From Felis catus (lineage: Eukaryota), in the NCBI RefSeq assembly GCF_018350175.1, contig NC_058368.1:201874001-201938000 (forward strand): a stretch of 64,000 nucleotides of DNA, in the 5' to 3' direction. A program made the translations under genes and the position numbers. Shown one piece after another: positions 36,840-48,985 of the stretch (position 1 is its first letter; each line of letters starts with the position of its first letter). The notes beneath the pieces were generated by a model that searched no databases, had not been told where the DNA came from, and saw only the letters and a list, made by a program, of their open reading frames with translations.

Positions 36840-36924
36840 GCAAATCTTCATTCTTAACATAAATATCCTTTATAATCTACTTGCATGAGTTTGCTGTGGG
36901 CATTTGTTTTAACAAAATTGATAC

Positions 36925-37520
36925 ACTTTATTCTTTACAGCAGTTTTAGGTTTATAGAAAAGTTGAGTAGAACGCACAGAATTTCTGTGTATTCTCTTTC
37001 TGTTCATCTCCCTCAATCCCCAGTTTCTGTTATTTTTAGCATCTTGTGCTGGTATGGCACATTTGTTAAAACTGATGAACCAATATTGATATGTTATTAT
37101 CAACTAAAGTTCCTACTTTACATTAAGCTTCCCTCTTTGTGTTGTGTAGATCTGTGGGTTTTGCCAAACGTCTAATGTCATGCATCTACCATTACAACGT
37201 CATGCAGAATAGTTTCAGTGCCCTAAAATCTCCTCTGTTCCGCTTATCTATCCCCCTCCCCCAACTCCTGGCAACCACTAATACTTTTACTTTACTCTGT
37301 GGTTTCCAGAATGTCATATAGTTGGAATATTACAGTATATAAGCTTTTCAAACTGGCCTCTTTCACTCAGTAAAATGCATTTGTTTCCTTCAAGAATTTT
37401 TTGTGGCTTGATAGCTCATTTTATAGAAATCACTGAACAATATTCCATTGTGTGTTTGGACCACTGTTTATTTACGCATTCACTAATTAAAGGACATCTT
37501 GGTTGCTTCCAAGTTTCGAC
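36925..37520 (-). mobile_element. Old L1 3' end (L1MC-like)
   Basis: Same motif order as 3905-4530: agcagttttaggttt, ggcacatttgtta..tgatgaacca, ggacatcttggttgcttccaag. Confidence 0.8.
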
Positions 37521-37592
37521 CATTAGGTCTTCACTGATTTTTCTCATAGGACTTGGCAAAATTAGGAGCTATCCAAGGAGATCCCCTGTGTT

Positions 37593-37617
37593 ATTTTTTT
37601 TTCTTATGTTTATTTAT

Positions 37618-37662
<45 letters not shown>

Positions 37663-37790
37663 CCCAAGCCGGCTCCACACTTTCAGCGCGGAGCCTGATG
37701 CAGGGCTGGATCTCACAAACCATGAGATCATGACGTGAGCTGAAACCAAGAGTCAGTGGCTTAACGGAATGAGCCACCTTGGCACCATCC
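37593..37790 (-). mobile_element. CanSINE with (GA)n
   Basis: Reverse body; TSD cccctgtgtt. Confidence 0.9.
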
Positions 37791-38397
37791 TGCCCCTGTG
37801 TTCTTTTAATTTTTCTCAGAAATTGCCATTTCAATTCCCTTCTAGAGTCAAATTTTATTCCCCAGCCAACAATGTAACTGCCTCTTAAACTTTTGATTGT
37901 TTGTCCAGAAGCATGAAGAACCCTAAAAGGCTTTCATCCTCAAATTCAAAGGGATCTTGCTGCATATTTTCCCTTGGGTACTAATTCAGTAAAGCCTAAA
38001 ATCTCAGGAGTAAGAGACAAAAGTTTTAAAAGGATTGGTAATTGTAATGGTCAAAGGCGTCACTCTGACATCCAGAACACAAATCAAAGATTCTTGTATG
38101 TGCTCTATGGGGAACCCACATAAGCTCACACTTGATCACTAGTTTAGAACACACACCACATCCTCTAACATCAGCCCAACTTTTCAAGCCATTGTCTCTC
38201 AGCTGGAATTAGAATTGAGTTTTTAACAGAATATTCACCAGACAGTGGTGAGAGTTATTCTGGGGTCATAGGGTAAATGGTGAGACTGGCATGTTCAATG
38301 CATATCTACTATTTTGTTATAAAGAGAGTTCCTTGCATACAAGCAGTGTATAAACACAGACTGTGGCAGCATTTAAGGCATTTAATATGCCCATGGC

Positions 38398-38430
38398 GGG
38401 GGGGGGGGGGGGGGGGGTGGTGGTGGTGGT
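38398..38430. repeat. poly-G (20) followed by (TGG)n
   Basis: Direct reading. Confidence 0.9.
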
Positions 38431-39482
38431 CAGAGAAGCATAGTGTACAGATAAAGACAATGTAATCTCAGAAGAGTTATCTATTCCAGTTATGAAACTC
38501 CCTGTTGCCACCGTGACAGAGGAATTAAATATCAATGATCCTGCCAAAAGGTAAGTAGTTTGTTTGCCCAAGATACACTGTTGAGTGCTTAGCCTTGCTC
38601 ACTATTGCTTGCATGTTGGACATGTAATAGTCTTGCCAGATAAATTGGCTTTGGTGAGGGACAAGGTATGTTGTTGAGCCTATGAATGTTTTCTGTTGCC
38701 TTTGTTGCTAAGCTTTCTTTGGCTAAGGTTGCTTTGTTCATAAGCTTTCTGAACAAGCAATGTGCCTGGTGAAAGAGGTTGTTTCACACCTACATATCTG
38801 ATTGATAATCTTCTTGACAGTTTGGTAAGCATTCATATTAAGCATAAATGTTCTCATACTGTAGCTCATTCTCAGTGGTTCATCCACATATTTCTTCCCT
38901 CAAATTCATTACTACCAGTCCTCCCATCTTGTTCCTTCCAAGTCCCTAATCATTTAGCTAAATTATTAGCTACCATGCATAAATCAATAACTCATCTTGC
39001 AGGAATAGTGGACAACCAAATATACAGCTTGAAGTATCTCTTAAGATTACACTCAAGTGGGCTATAATGCCTAAGCTGTCAACTTTGGGCTGGCACTGAT
39101 ATATTGAGCAGTGCTTCTATAAAACAGGCTCAATTTTTCCCTCATTCATGAGCTGGTCATAGAGAACTTCCCGTGAAGACAGAGATGAGGATCAAGGAGG
39201 GGCAGCAGCTCAGAGAATAAGTTCATACAGCTTTCTGTGCCTTTAGGAGCTGCTTTGGCTCAAGTCCATCTATATTATTCCTAGTTAATACTAGTTAACT
39301 GGGTAGCACTAATTTCATGACAAGCAGTTCATGTTGCCATGTTTTGTTCCATTGATAAGACTTCAGTCTCTATAGTGGCCCAGGATCAAATCAAGAGTTA
39401 TTTCTTTAAAAAATAAAAAAATAAAAAAATTTTATTGTATATATTTTTTGTATATATAGTTATATATGTTATTTTGCCATGT

Positions 39483-39485
<3 letters not shown>

Positions 39486-39525
<40 letters not shown>

Positions 39526-39540
39526 CACACATACATACAT
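39486..39540. repeat. (TA)n/(CATA)n microsatellite
   Basis: Direct reading. Confidence 0.9.
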
Positions 39541-40867
39541 GTTATTTTGCCAAAAAAAGAAGCATTTTACTACAAGCTTTTGTGAACTTCTATAGAGCAC
39601 TCTAGACCATTAGCATAAAGGAAATATTTTTTTATGTTTCTAACAAAGTATGTTAGGAGATTATACTATGCAAGCAAAGGCAACCACAGGGAATTAAATC
39701 AATGGGAATGTCAATAAAAACATCATAATAGAAATCAACAGAATGCAATTATAATGCAAAAGAGATAGGCTACTCAGCATGAAGCTAAGAACAAGAAAGA
39801 ACTTTTGAAAAATAAAGACAAATCCATACATTATCATATATAACTAATTATGTTAGATCACGCCAGTTAGGTTGTGCTTGGTTGAAACCAGTAAAAAACC
39901 TTATTAACAGAGCAACATTTAATTTTTACTTAACAGGAATTCTTAAGGTAGCTGGTCCCCAGGGTTGGTTTGGTGGCCCAGTGGGATCTTAAAAAGCTAG
40001 TTTCTTTCCATCCTTTAACTGACTTCTTCAGAATATTGAATTTCTTCATCAAACTTGTCCCCTCACATTTGTAAACAGTGGCTACAGCTCTAGATAGCCT
40101 ATATTTATTTGAAGTTTCCAAAATAGGAAGGTAGAGAAAGGAGGAAAAGATACCTCCCACTCTCTTTTTTAAAAATTAAGGGTAAAATCTTTCCAAGAAT
40201 CCTCAAAATATTCCCTCTTACACCCCAGAGGTCAAAAATACATCACAAACTTGCCTCTAAAATAATAACATGCAAAGGAGAAATGATATTACATATTATC
40301 TCAAAATCCTTCAGGAGTCATCATTTGAGACCAAAGTCCTAAACAGTAACAGGATCCGTTATGAAGGAGAAAAGAGAAATAGCTGTTGGATATGCAGTAA
40401 GAGATTTTGCCTCAATTGTATTTTTTGGTTTTTTAGTGGATACAACTTTCCTTATAAGCATCTGAGAATGCAGGGAGTCAACCTGTCCTCTAGCTCTGGA
40501 ATCTGGTTAATGATTTTGATGTTACAATATGGAACAATTTCACCAGTATCTTTTCTAAAAATTGGACTGATGGAAGATAAATTCATCTTTAATAGATAGG
40601 TACTGTGAGCTAATCTATTACTTGTCTCCAGATCTTACCGAGACGGGCAAGAGGAAAGCATGAACTGGTCAGGAAATTGAGTATACAAGAGAAAGTTAAA
40701 GAGGTCGTGAGAAACACCCCTGCTCACCTCTGCTCTTATAACAATAACCACACACACAAACCAGAACAGCACATGAAGAAGAAATAGTAGGAGATTATAG
40801 AACACTGTAAAAAAGTCATTTTCATTATTATTTCCCAGTCAAAATTCTAACATTCTGTGAGTGACCT

Positions 40868-41310
40868 TGTATTACTCAGGGTTCTCTAGAGAAACAGAAC
40901 TAATGACATATGTAAGATATACATATATCGGCTCACATGATTATGAAGGCTGGCAAATCCCAAGATCTGCAGAATGAGTCCACAAGCTGGGAGACTCAAT
41001 GGTGTAGTTTCCGTTAGAAGGTCGGCAGGCTCAAGAACCAAAAAGAGCTGATGTTTCAGTTCAAGGTTGAAAGCAGAAGAAAAGCTGATCCTCTCTTACT
41101 TGGAGGAGGGTCTGTTGTTTTGTTCCATTCAGGCCTTCAACAGATTAGATGAGGCTTCATGTTTGGGAAGACCATTTGCTTTACTTGATCTACCAGTTTG
41201 AATCTAATCTCATCCAAAAACACTCTCATAGAAACAGCCAGAGCAATGTCTCACCAAATATTTGGGCACCCTGTAGTCCCATCAAGTTACACATCAAATA
41301 AGCCATCACA
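40868..41310 (-). mobile_element. MLT2 solo LTR (ERV-L)
   Basis: tgtattactcagggttctctagagaaacagaac ... ccatcaca ends; perfect 5-bp TSD GACCT (40863-40867, 41311-41315). Confidence 0.88.
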
Positions 41311-41801
41311 GACCTGGTAAATATTCAAAAAACATTGATTCCTATGAACTTTGAAATAATTAGTGTAATTGCACGTAAGTTTACTGGACCCACACACGTT
41401 CTTAAATTTGTTTTCTGTTATGGTGTCTGGTTTGTGAAAAGAACAAAAAAACACCATGGTTCTTTGGCAGTTTGTCCGTCCTCCACTCTACTCGTTGGCA
41501 TATGAGTTAATGTATGTTTACCGTAACATAAAAAGAAGATTCAGAGGTAAAGAAATCTAAATGGGTCAAATTAGTAAAAACTAGACCCAAGCATGGGTCT
41601 TCATTCAGCAATGTTACCAGAAAGGTAGACCGTGATTATGGGGTGAATCCAAACACGAGTGGAGGTTGTTCAAAAGCTAAGGGAATCCTTACAATTTAGA
41701 TACTGTTCCTGTAGGTAGCAGACTAAATCCTACTGGTGTATTGTTCTCTTCATAAGCTATTTACATTTCCAGAATATCTCATAGGTCTGAGGAGCAGTCA
41801 C

Positions 41802-42054
41802 TTTTTTTTTTTTTGAGAGAGTTCACGTGTTTAATTTTTTTAATTAATGTTTTTATTTATTTTTGAAGGAGAGAGAAAGAGAGACAGAGCATGAGTGGGG
41901 GAGGAACAGAGAGAGAGGGAGAAACAGAATTCGAAGCAGGCTCCAGGCTCCAAGCTGTCAGCACAGAGTCCGATGCGGGGCACAAACCCACGAACTGTGA
42001 GATCATGACCTGAGCCGAAGTCAGACGCTTAAACGACTGAGCCACCCAGGCGCC
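41802..42054 (-). mobile_element. CanSINE with extra 3' tag
   Basis: Reverse head; TSD ggagcagtcacttttt. Confidence 0.92.
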
Positions 42055-43229
42055 ACGGAGCAGTCACTTTTTAACTATAAACTATATATCATATTGTTAT
42101 TGTGTGGTGATAACCCTGACTCATCAAGTATTCATTATGTTCTGTGTACTCTGCTTGTTACTGAAGTTTAATACAAAGTTATGGAAATAAAAATGCATCT
42201 TGCTTAAAGTACTTAGTTAGCTCTTCAGGCAATTTGGGTTTCTAGATCTGTCCGTTCTTTCGTTATCACACACAATTTGTTTACTTATCAATTATTTTGT
42301 TTCTAATTAAAGAGAAGTCCTGGAATTTATAAAATAACAGAATACGGATGCTCCTAATTTGTATACTATTGAAGCAGGATTACTAGTTAGAACTGTCATC
42401 TTCTTTCATTTCATTTAATTTGCTATGGAAAAACACATGGTTTGTATAATGATTGGCTTTGGTCACTAAGCACATTTCATCCAAGAGCATTTAAATATTA
42501 TCTAAACTGTCTTAAGTACTTTCTGTAGTGCAAGAGGAAAGTAACTTCAGTTTGAAAACATAAAATCTCAGGATCAAAAAGTTAAGTATACTTTCCAGAC
42601 TCTCATTTTCTAAGGTTAATAGGAAAAAAAAAAAACGCTGATCAGAAAAAGAGACGTTATTGATTGTTAATAAAGTGGAAGTTTTTAGATATTGTTAATC
42701 AGATTTTAATGAAGCAAAAAGAAAAGCATCGTAAATAGTATTTGATAAAAATTCTGAAATAAAATCACAGTGGGTCTTTTACATTTTTTTTTAGAACTGG
42801 GAGGCTTGACTTTTTGAATGCTAACTGCTCTGTACAATGTTTACAAGAAAGCAACGTGGTGGGGTGAAAGAAGCTAGGTGGCATCTTTTTTATTTCTGTA
42901 AGTTTATTGTTTCCTCCCTTCTTTTCAGAGAGAAGAGAGAAGAAGCCTGCATCCAACTGTTGAAGCCGTTTCCTTTGGCAAATGTAACTGCATCACAGGC
43001 ACATCTTAAATTAAAAATCTTGGTCTCAGTCTCTGTCGTCTCTATTTTTCATTGGGACTGAATAACCCATTTCACCACTGAAAATAATAGCCAGTATCTG
43101 CTCCTTCTCATTAAGAAAGGTGGTGCTTTTACTTGATTAACTAATTTTGTCACATACAACTTATATGAAGGAGGGAGAAGATATGGTATAGAAGATTTGA
43201 TATAATCATTTGTTTCCAAGATTAGTGCA

Positions 43230-43270
43230 GTTTGTTTGTTTGTTTGTTTGTTTGTTTGTTTGTTTGTTTT
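43230..43270. repeat. (GTTT)n microsatellite
   Basis: Direct reading. Confidence 0.9.
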
Positions 43271-43289
43271 TGCTGAATAAGGACAAGTA

Positions 43290-43680
43290 AGGGCTACAGT
43301 TGTTGCTTGGAGAAATGAATTAGAGGGTAAAATGCTTGAAGAAGTTATATTACTGAAAAAAAAAATTGAATGAGAATAAGGAAGACCAATTTGAAAGAAG
43401 GAATGAGTCAGTTGGATATGGACAGTTACATCTTTGATGAGATTTCCTAGGTATTGACATACCGGTAGCAGGAAATAAGAAGAATGGGAGAAAAGGTCAA
43501 TTTGAATCCTTAAAGTGTTGTGGGAGGTTGTAAGAAATAATATATCACAAAATCTGAAACTAGAATTTTTATTTACCTTATGAAAGAAAAAGGAGAGAGT
43601 AGCAGACCAGAAGCAATAGGAAATGGAAGAAATGTGTATCTGCAAACATTAAAACTAGAGGAAATTCTGCAGAGTTGTTC
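43290..43680. mobile_element. L2 fragment (decayed)
   Basis: aatgagtcagttggatatgg...ggagaaaaggtc resembles L2 gatgagttcagttttggacatg motif; purine-rich. Confidence 0.5.
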
Positions 43681-43969
43681 AAAGGAAGATTTATGGAAAC
43701 TTAGATTTACAGAGAAAATTTCCCACATGAAGATATTATTTCTGATCAATCATTCATAATTAATATATATTTTAACAGATTTTACAGGATATAAATATAA
43801 GGGAGAATAATAGAAAACATACGTATAAGGCATGTATAATTTGCTTAGGAAATAATTTTGGACGAAGAAAGTGGTGATTTAGCGTTTGTATTAACATAGA
43901 AAACAATAAGAAAAAATCTTTATGTTGTGTTTGAAAGTGGATGATAAAGTAAGTGCTGAGTAATTTAGT

Positions 43970-44420
43970 AATCAAATAAATACAAATTGAAATAATAAGA
44001 TGCCTGCTAAAGTCCTTGTCAGATTTATAGGTATAAAAATAGTGATAGTTTTTCTTGGTAAGAGTGCAGTGAAATGGGCACTTTCACATCCAGCTTATCA
44101 GAGTATAAACTGGTACTGTAATTTCTGGGATGTAATTTGGAAATAGGTATCTCAAACCTCAAAACTGTTCATGTAACCATGATTCACTAATTACTCCCTA
44201 GGAAATAATCATAAATGCTATAGGGAGTGATATTTATTGCAACATTATTTAAAATGGAGAGTTGAATACAACCTTCACTTCCACAGCACAAAGGGAAGAG
44301 GGGCACATTAGTTAAATACATACCAAAAAGATCTAACAAAATGCTGGGCAGGCATTTAAAAGCACAGTTCTAAAAAAGTATGAATGACAATAAAAATTAT
44401 TTTACATAATGTTTTCAAAG
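43970..44420 (+). mobile_element. Ancient L1 (L1ME-like) 3' fragment
   Basis: atcaaataaatacaaattgaaataataaga, gagtataaactggtac, tttattgcaacattattt. Confidence 0.65.
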
Positions 44421-44979
44421 TGCAGGGGATTTTTTTTTTCTGTACCACAATCCTACAAATACCAGGTAAAATGCACATGACATTTTTAAAAGTGTATTGA
44501 TAACTTGCCAAGGTATTAAGGTATACCTTACAGGAAGATCATGAAGAGAATACATGAATCCAGAGAGGTATGAAAGCACGATAGCCAGAGACTTCCATGA
44601 AACAGTGCTATCCTTAAAACCCTGACTTTCCATTTTTATGATTATCAAGATATGGGAAAGTGGGAGACAAAGCTTAGAGCCTGCTCAGGGTAACAGTCTT
44701 ATAGAGAAACCTATTTAGCCAGAATCTAAAGGACCATATTTTCAGTGAAAGAATGAAGTAGAAAAAATAACTGCCCCTCAGAAGGGCATTAGGAAATGTT
44801 TCTGCCCCAAACTTGGTGCAAGGTTGAGGGGGCAGAAATCATAAGTACATCTTCACATGAATTTGTAGTTTAAATTCTCATGGTCTCCGTGATTCAAAAA
44901 AAAAAAAAAAATCAACTGAAATGTATTTTATAATTGTCCCTGTTTGGTATTATCTTTAAGAACTTAGCCAAAACACTAT

Positions 44980-45103
44980 GCTGATGGCTCAGAGCCTGGA
45001 GCCTGCTTCGGATTCTGTGTCTCCCTCTCTCTCTGCCCCTCCCCCACTCATGCTCTGTCTCTCTCTGTCTCAAAAATAAATAAAAAACATTAAGAAAAAA
45101 AAA
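44980..45103 (+). mobile_element. 5'-truncated CanSINE
   Basis: Starts mid-body (gctgatggctcagagcc); 18-bp TSD aagaacttagccaaaaca. Confidence 0.92.
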
Positions 45104-45234
45104 AAGAACTTAGCCAAAACAAAAGCAAAATATCTTTGGAGAAATCCATGTATTCCAGGTCTCAGAGAATTACTACACCCAAAATTCCATTAAATATGGA
45201 ATGAAACATAAACTATCACAAAACTCATGAGGAA

Positions 45235-45389
45235 GGGAGCCTGGGTGGCTCAGTCAGTTCAGCGTCAGAATCTTGATTTAGGCTGTCATAATCTCACGGT
45301 GTGTGGATTTGAGCCCTGCATTGGGCTCTGTGCTGACAGTCTGAAGCCTGCTTGGGATTCTCTCTCTCCCTCTCTCTCTGCTTCTTCCC

Positions 45390-45435
<46 letters not shown>

Positions 45436-45458
45436 AATAAATAAACTTAAAAAAGAAA
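45235..45458 (+). mobile_element. CanSINE
   Basis: Head, (CT)n, tail; TSD aaaactcat(g/a)aggaa. Confidence 0.92.
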
Positions 45459-45479
45459 AAACTCATAAGGAAATAGGCA

Positions 45480-46480
45480 TCCTGAGCAGAAACATATAAA
45501 GGAACTCAGATTTCAGATATTAGGATTATTATGTAACCATAAAACCCACATTTAATATGTTTAAAGAAATCAATGAAATGTGTCGGTAACAGAAGTTAGA
45601 AACAGTATATATATCATGTATTAAGCAAGTTTGGAACTGTATTTAAGAGAACTTTTAGAAATAAAAAATATAATGAACATCAAAACCTTAATGGAGAGGT
45701 TAAGTACTAGATTAGATAGAGCCAAAGATAAAATAATGAATTGGAAGTTAGATATGAGGAAATTATCCTGAATACAGCACAGGGAGGGTAGACGGATATG
45801 TGAAGTAGAGATTAAGAACTAAATAGAGGCAATATCTGATAAGATGTACAAAAGAAAAATAAAGAAAATTAGGAAAGTTTATAGTCAAGGAAATAATATC
45901 TAAGGACTTTTCATAGTCCAAATTTATTAATGTTCAAGATGAAATAAAGCACTTGAAAATTTTTCTTACCAGTAAAGATATTTGATTTAGAAGTTAAAAA
46001 TTCTTCTCACAAAAAGAGAGCCATAAGGCCCAGACATATTTCCTGATGAGCTCTACAAATGTCAATGGAATGTATTATTCTTGTCATACGAAAACTATAC
46101 CAGAATGGGAAAAGAAGGAACTCTTTTTAGTTAATTTTATGAGGTCCCTATAATCTTGATACCAACATTATACGATAAGTGTACAATAAAGAGAAATTAT
46201 AACCAATCTCCCTCATGAATCTAATGGTAAAAATTCTAAATTAGAACTTAGCAAATTTTCTTTCTTATAGTGACCTAGAAAATTCATAGTGTAGTATGAA
46301 AACTTGGTCTATGTAGGATTTTTAACAATAGAAAAAACCTATAGATGTAATTTATCACATTAACAAGTTAAAGAAGGAAAAGCAAATCATTATCTCCGGA
46401 AATGCTGAAAGTGAATTCAATAAAATTAAGTAGTAAAGCTTAATAATTTTTTTTTCTAGCAAACTAGAAATGGAAGAGCT
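45480..46480 (+). mobile_element. Ancient L1 ORF1/ORF2 remnants
   Basis: A-rich; ggcccagacatatttcctgatgagctctac, attttatgaggtc..ataatcttgatacca, gaattcaataaaatt RT-region motifs; multiple stops. Confidence 0.7.
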
Positions 46481-46509
46481 TTTAGCATCCACTTACAAAT
46501 CAGAAATTT

Positions 46510-46960
46510 CTTGGTCTTCCAAGCAGAGGTGATTACAACAGGTAATTTGGTTACTCAGATTATGAAAGTCAAACCAGGCATTTTGAGTCAGCTACTGGGG
46601 ACAGGAAGCCAGTCATGCCCCTAGGGCTAGAAGAGTAGTGGGAGAAGTGTTCTCAGACTCAAGAGACTGGAATCTCTGGCAGCCACTAGAGCTAAGATCA
46701 GCATTGTCTAGGAGAGCAGGCTTCATGCAAGGAGAGGGTATCTGTCAGGAATTAGACCAGCAAAAGAGGGACAAGTTTTGCTGGAGACACCATAGGAGAC
46801 AGGGAGATCATACCCTGCCTTTTCCCAGTACCTCCCACTGGCTAACCTAATGAAGAATTGGAGGTCAAATATACCTGCAAATGTTTTTTTCCTTAAATAC
46901 AGAATAGACCAGGTGAGTAGATTGGAAGGGGTCTGAGAACAAACCAGTTTAGGACCCATT
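46510..46960. mobile_element. Ancient MaLR/ERVL LTR fragment
   Basis: cctcccactggctaaccta..., ggaaggggtctgagaacaaac motifs. Confidence 0.45.
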
Positions 46961-47791
46961 AAGTGACTGAGAAGAGGAGGAAGAGAGGGGCTAGTCAAAG
47001 CAGATATATTATTGTTTTATTACTTATGTGTGTATCTTATCTGTATTTTATAAATATTAGTTTATATATATTCAGTATTCAATTACTTTTCAAAATAGAA
47101 GTATAAAAACTTGCATATACTGTATAACCTCATTGTTTTACACATTTTTCCATACAATGTTCAAATACATAAATATGGAAGTATACATCAACTTTGGGAG
47201 AGAGAGAATATAAATATGAGAAGAAAAGTACGCCCAAATTATACTGATGTTCCAAGAATTGAATTTAAAAAGGAAGAAGCAAATTGCAAAAGAAATAATC
47301 AACCATCTTTAGAAATTATTCAAGACATGTTCTGTGATCATTCAAAATCCAACTGCTACAAAGTCAGGGAAGCATAACTGAATTGTGGTTTAACTAAGAA
47401 AGCTTGTATGTTAGTAACTATATTCTATCTCAAATGATGTCTTAGCAGAAGAGGGTTAATCTGCATGGAGTCTGGCTAGAATTGAGCTTCATGTTTGTCT
47501 TACACTGTCAAATGTCTTACAGTTACAGCCAGTTCACAGGACTGAATCTCCGATTTTTTCGTTTGACATTAATAGGTGTCAATATCAATCAGAGAGACAA
47601 ATTGAAAGGGAGTGGGTTAAGATTTTCATCGTGACTATTTCTGTCAGTGATTCTTGTTTCATTCTTTACTATTTTCTCTGCATTTCCAATGTTTCTTAGT
47701 ACATACAAACTATTTAAAAATGCAGAAACAGCCATGAGTAATGCATTAAAATACAATTAAAAAAAAACAACAACACTGTGACCTTCACCAT

Positions 47792-48153
47792 TACTTAGTC
47801 TACTCAGGCTGCTATAGCAAATCGCTATACAGTGTGTGGTTTATAAACAGCAGAAATTTATTTCTCACCATTCTGGAGGCTAGGAAGTCCAAGATCAAGA
47901 TGCTGGTAGATGCAGTGTCTGGAGAGAGATTACTTCCTCAATCACAGATTGCTGTCTTTTCCCTGTGTCCTTACGTGGTAGAAAAGGTGAGGGATGGCTG
48001 AGGTCTCTTTCCTATGGTCACTGGTTCCATTCCTGAGGGTTTGGTCCTCATGACCTAATCATCTCCCAATGTGCCACCTCCTTATACCATCACCTTGGGG
48101 GTTAGTATTTCAACAGACAAATTTTGGGGGATACAAACATTCAGACCAAAGCA
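47792..48153 (-). mobile_element. MLT1A-like solo LTR
   Basis: caggctgctatagcaa..aatttatttctcac..ctggaggctaggaagtccaagatcaag...aaacattcagaccaaagca; near-TSD accat/gccat. Confidence 0.85.
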
Positions 48154-48824
48154 GCCATGGTTATGAGCCAGTCATGAAAGGGAGAGATACAGGAAAAGAG
48201 GTGATCGATATTTCCATTTACCCAGAATTTTTGTTGCTATAATCAAGACAATACTGAGCATACTAGAGCTGTAGAAAAGTCATATAGGAATTTATTTTTT
48301 AACAGTAAATTTCAATCTTGGTCTAGAAACCTGACTATTCTGATGAATAGGGTGAGAAGATGTAGTGTTCCTGGAAAGAATTAAAATCTTTCTATACTGT
48401 CCTATTAAATACAGATACTCTACATCTTTGTGAGAAAACATCTTATACTTTTGAAAGCTAATGTCTTAGCTAATTAGCTGAGAGCAAAGCCCTCAGAGAC
48501 TGTGATGTAAGAAAAGTTCCTGGGTAGGGAAATGAGGAGAATTGATAAAAGAAGCTAAGAGAAGGCCATGGAAAATATATTTTCTAGTCTCATTTTTTTC
48601 CCCTAGGACTGTCCCTGTATAGAGTTCTAGAAATGAACTCTAACACAGATATTTCCAAGCCAAAGTTCAAAGAAGAATATGTGTGTATATATATAATAGT
48701 TGTGGATTATTTCCTGTGGTCATTATCCCATGGTTAAGTTATCCCCTGGGAATCTCTCTGGGAAAGAGGGAAACTGCATTTGACAAGGCAGGACTTGAAT
48801 TTTCTTAAGTATCTTGGCCCTATA

Positions 48825-48985
48825 TGGTCATTCTCAACCTTGGCTGCACATTATTATCACTTGGGAAAAATTTAAAGAATCTCAATGCCCAGGTCACACT
48901 TTAGACTTTGGGAGTGGTACAAGCATTATTTTTTTTTAAGCTCTCAAAAAAACCCCAAACCCAAAAAACCAAAACAAAATGCTCT
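48825..48985. mobile_element. MER5-type hAT/Charlie DNA transposon remnant
   Basis: ttctcaaccttggctgcacatt...aatgcccagg...taagaacc. Confidence 0.7.

Larger units (their letters stand above)
37530..39380 (-). mobile_element. Decayed ERV-L internal region (pol RNase H/integrase to dUTPase)
   Basis: Reverse complement resembles ERV-L int motifs recalled from consensus (gggaagttctctatgaccag...aaagttgacagct...tatagccc near 39060-39172; ttacattgttggctgggg near 37860-37880); no intact ORF. Confidence 0.65.

Noticed and set aside
38460..38560. Perfect + strand donor AAG|GTAAGT suggesting a lncRNA exon
   Set aside because: Lies within the ERV-L relic, with no convincing partner acceptor or promoter; isolated splice motifs are common
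42905..42990. Strong + strand acceptor cttcttttcag with short open stretch
   Set aside because: Poor downstream donor and no recognisable protein (not embigin-like); unsupported
43049..43645. 198-aa minus-strand ORF
   Set aside because: Non-ATG start, runs through a (AAAC)n microsatellite and a decayed L2-like purine tract; no recognisable domain
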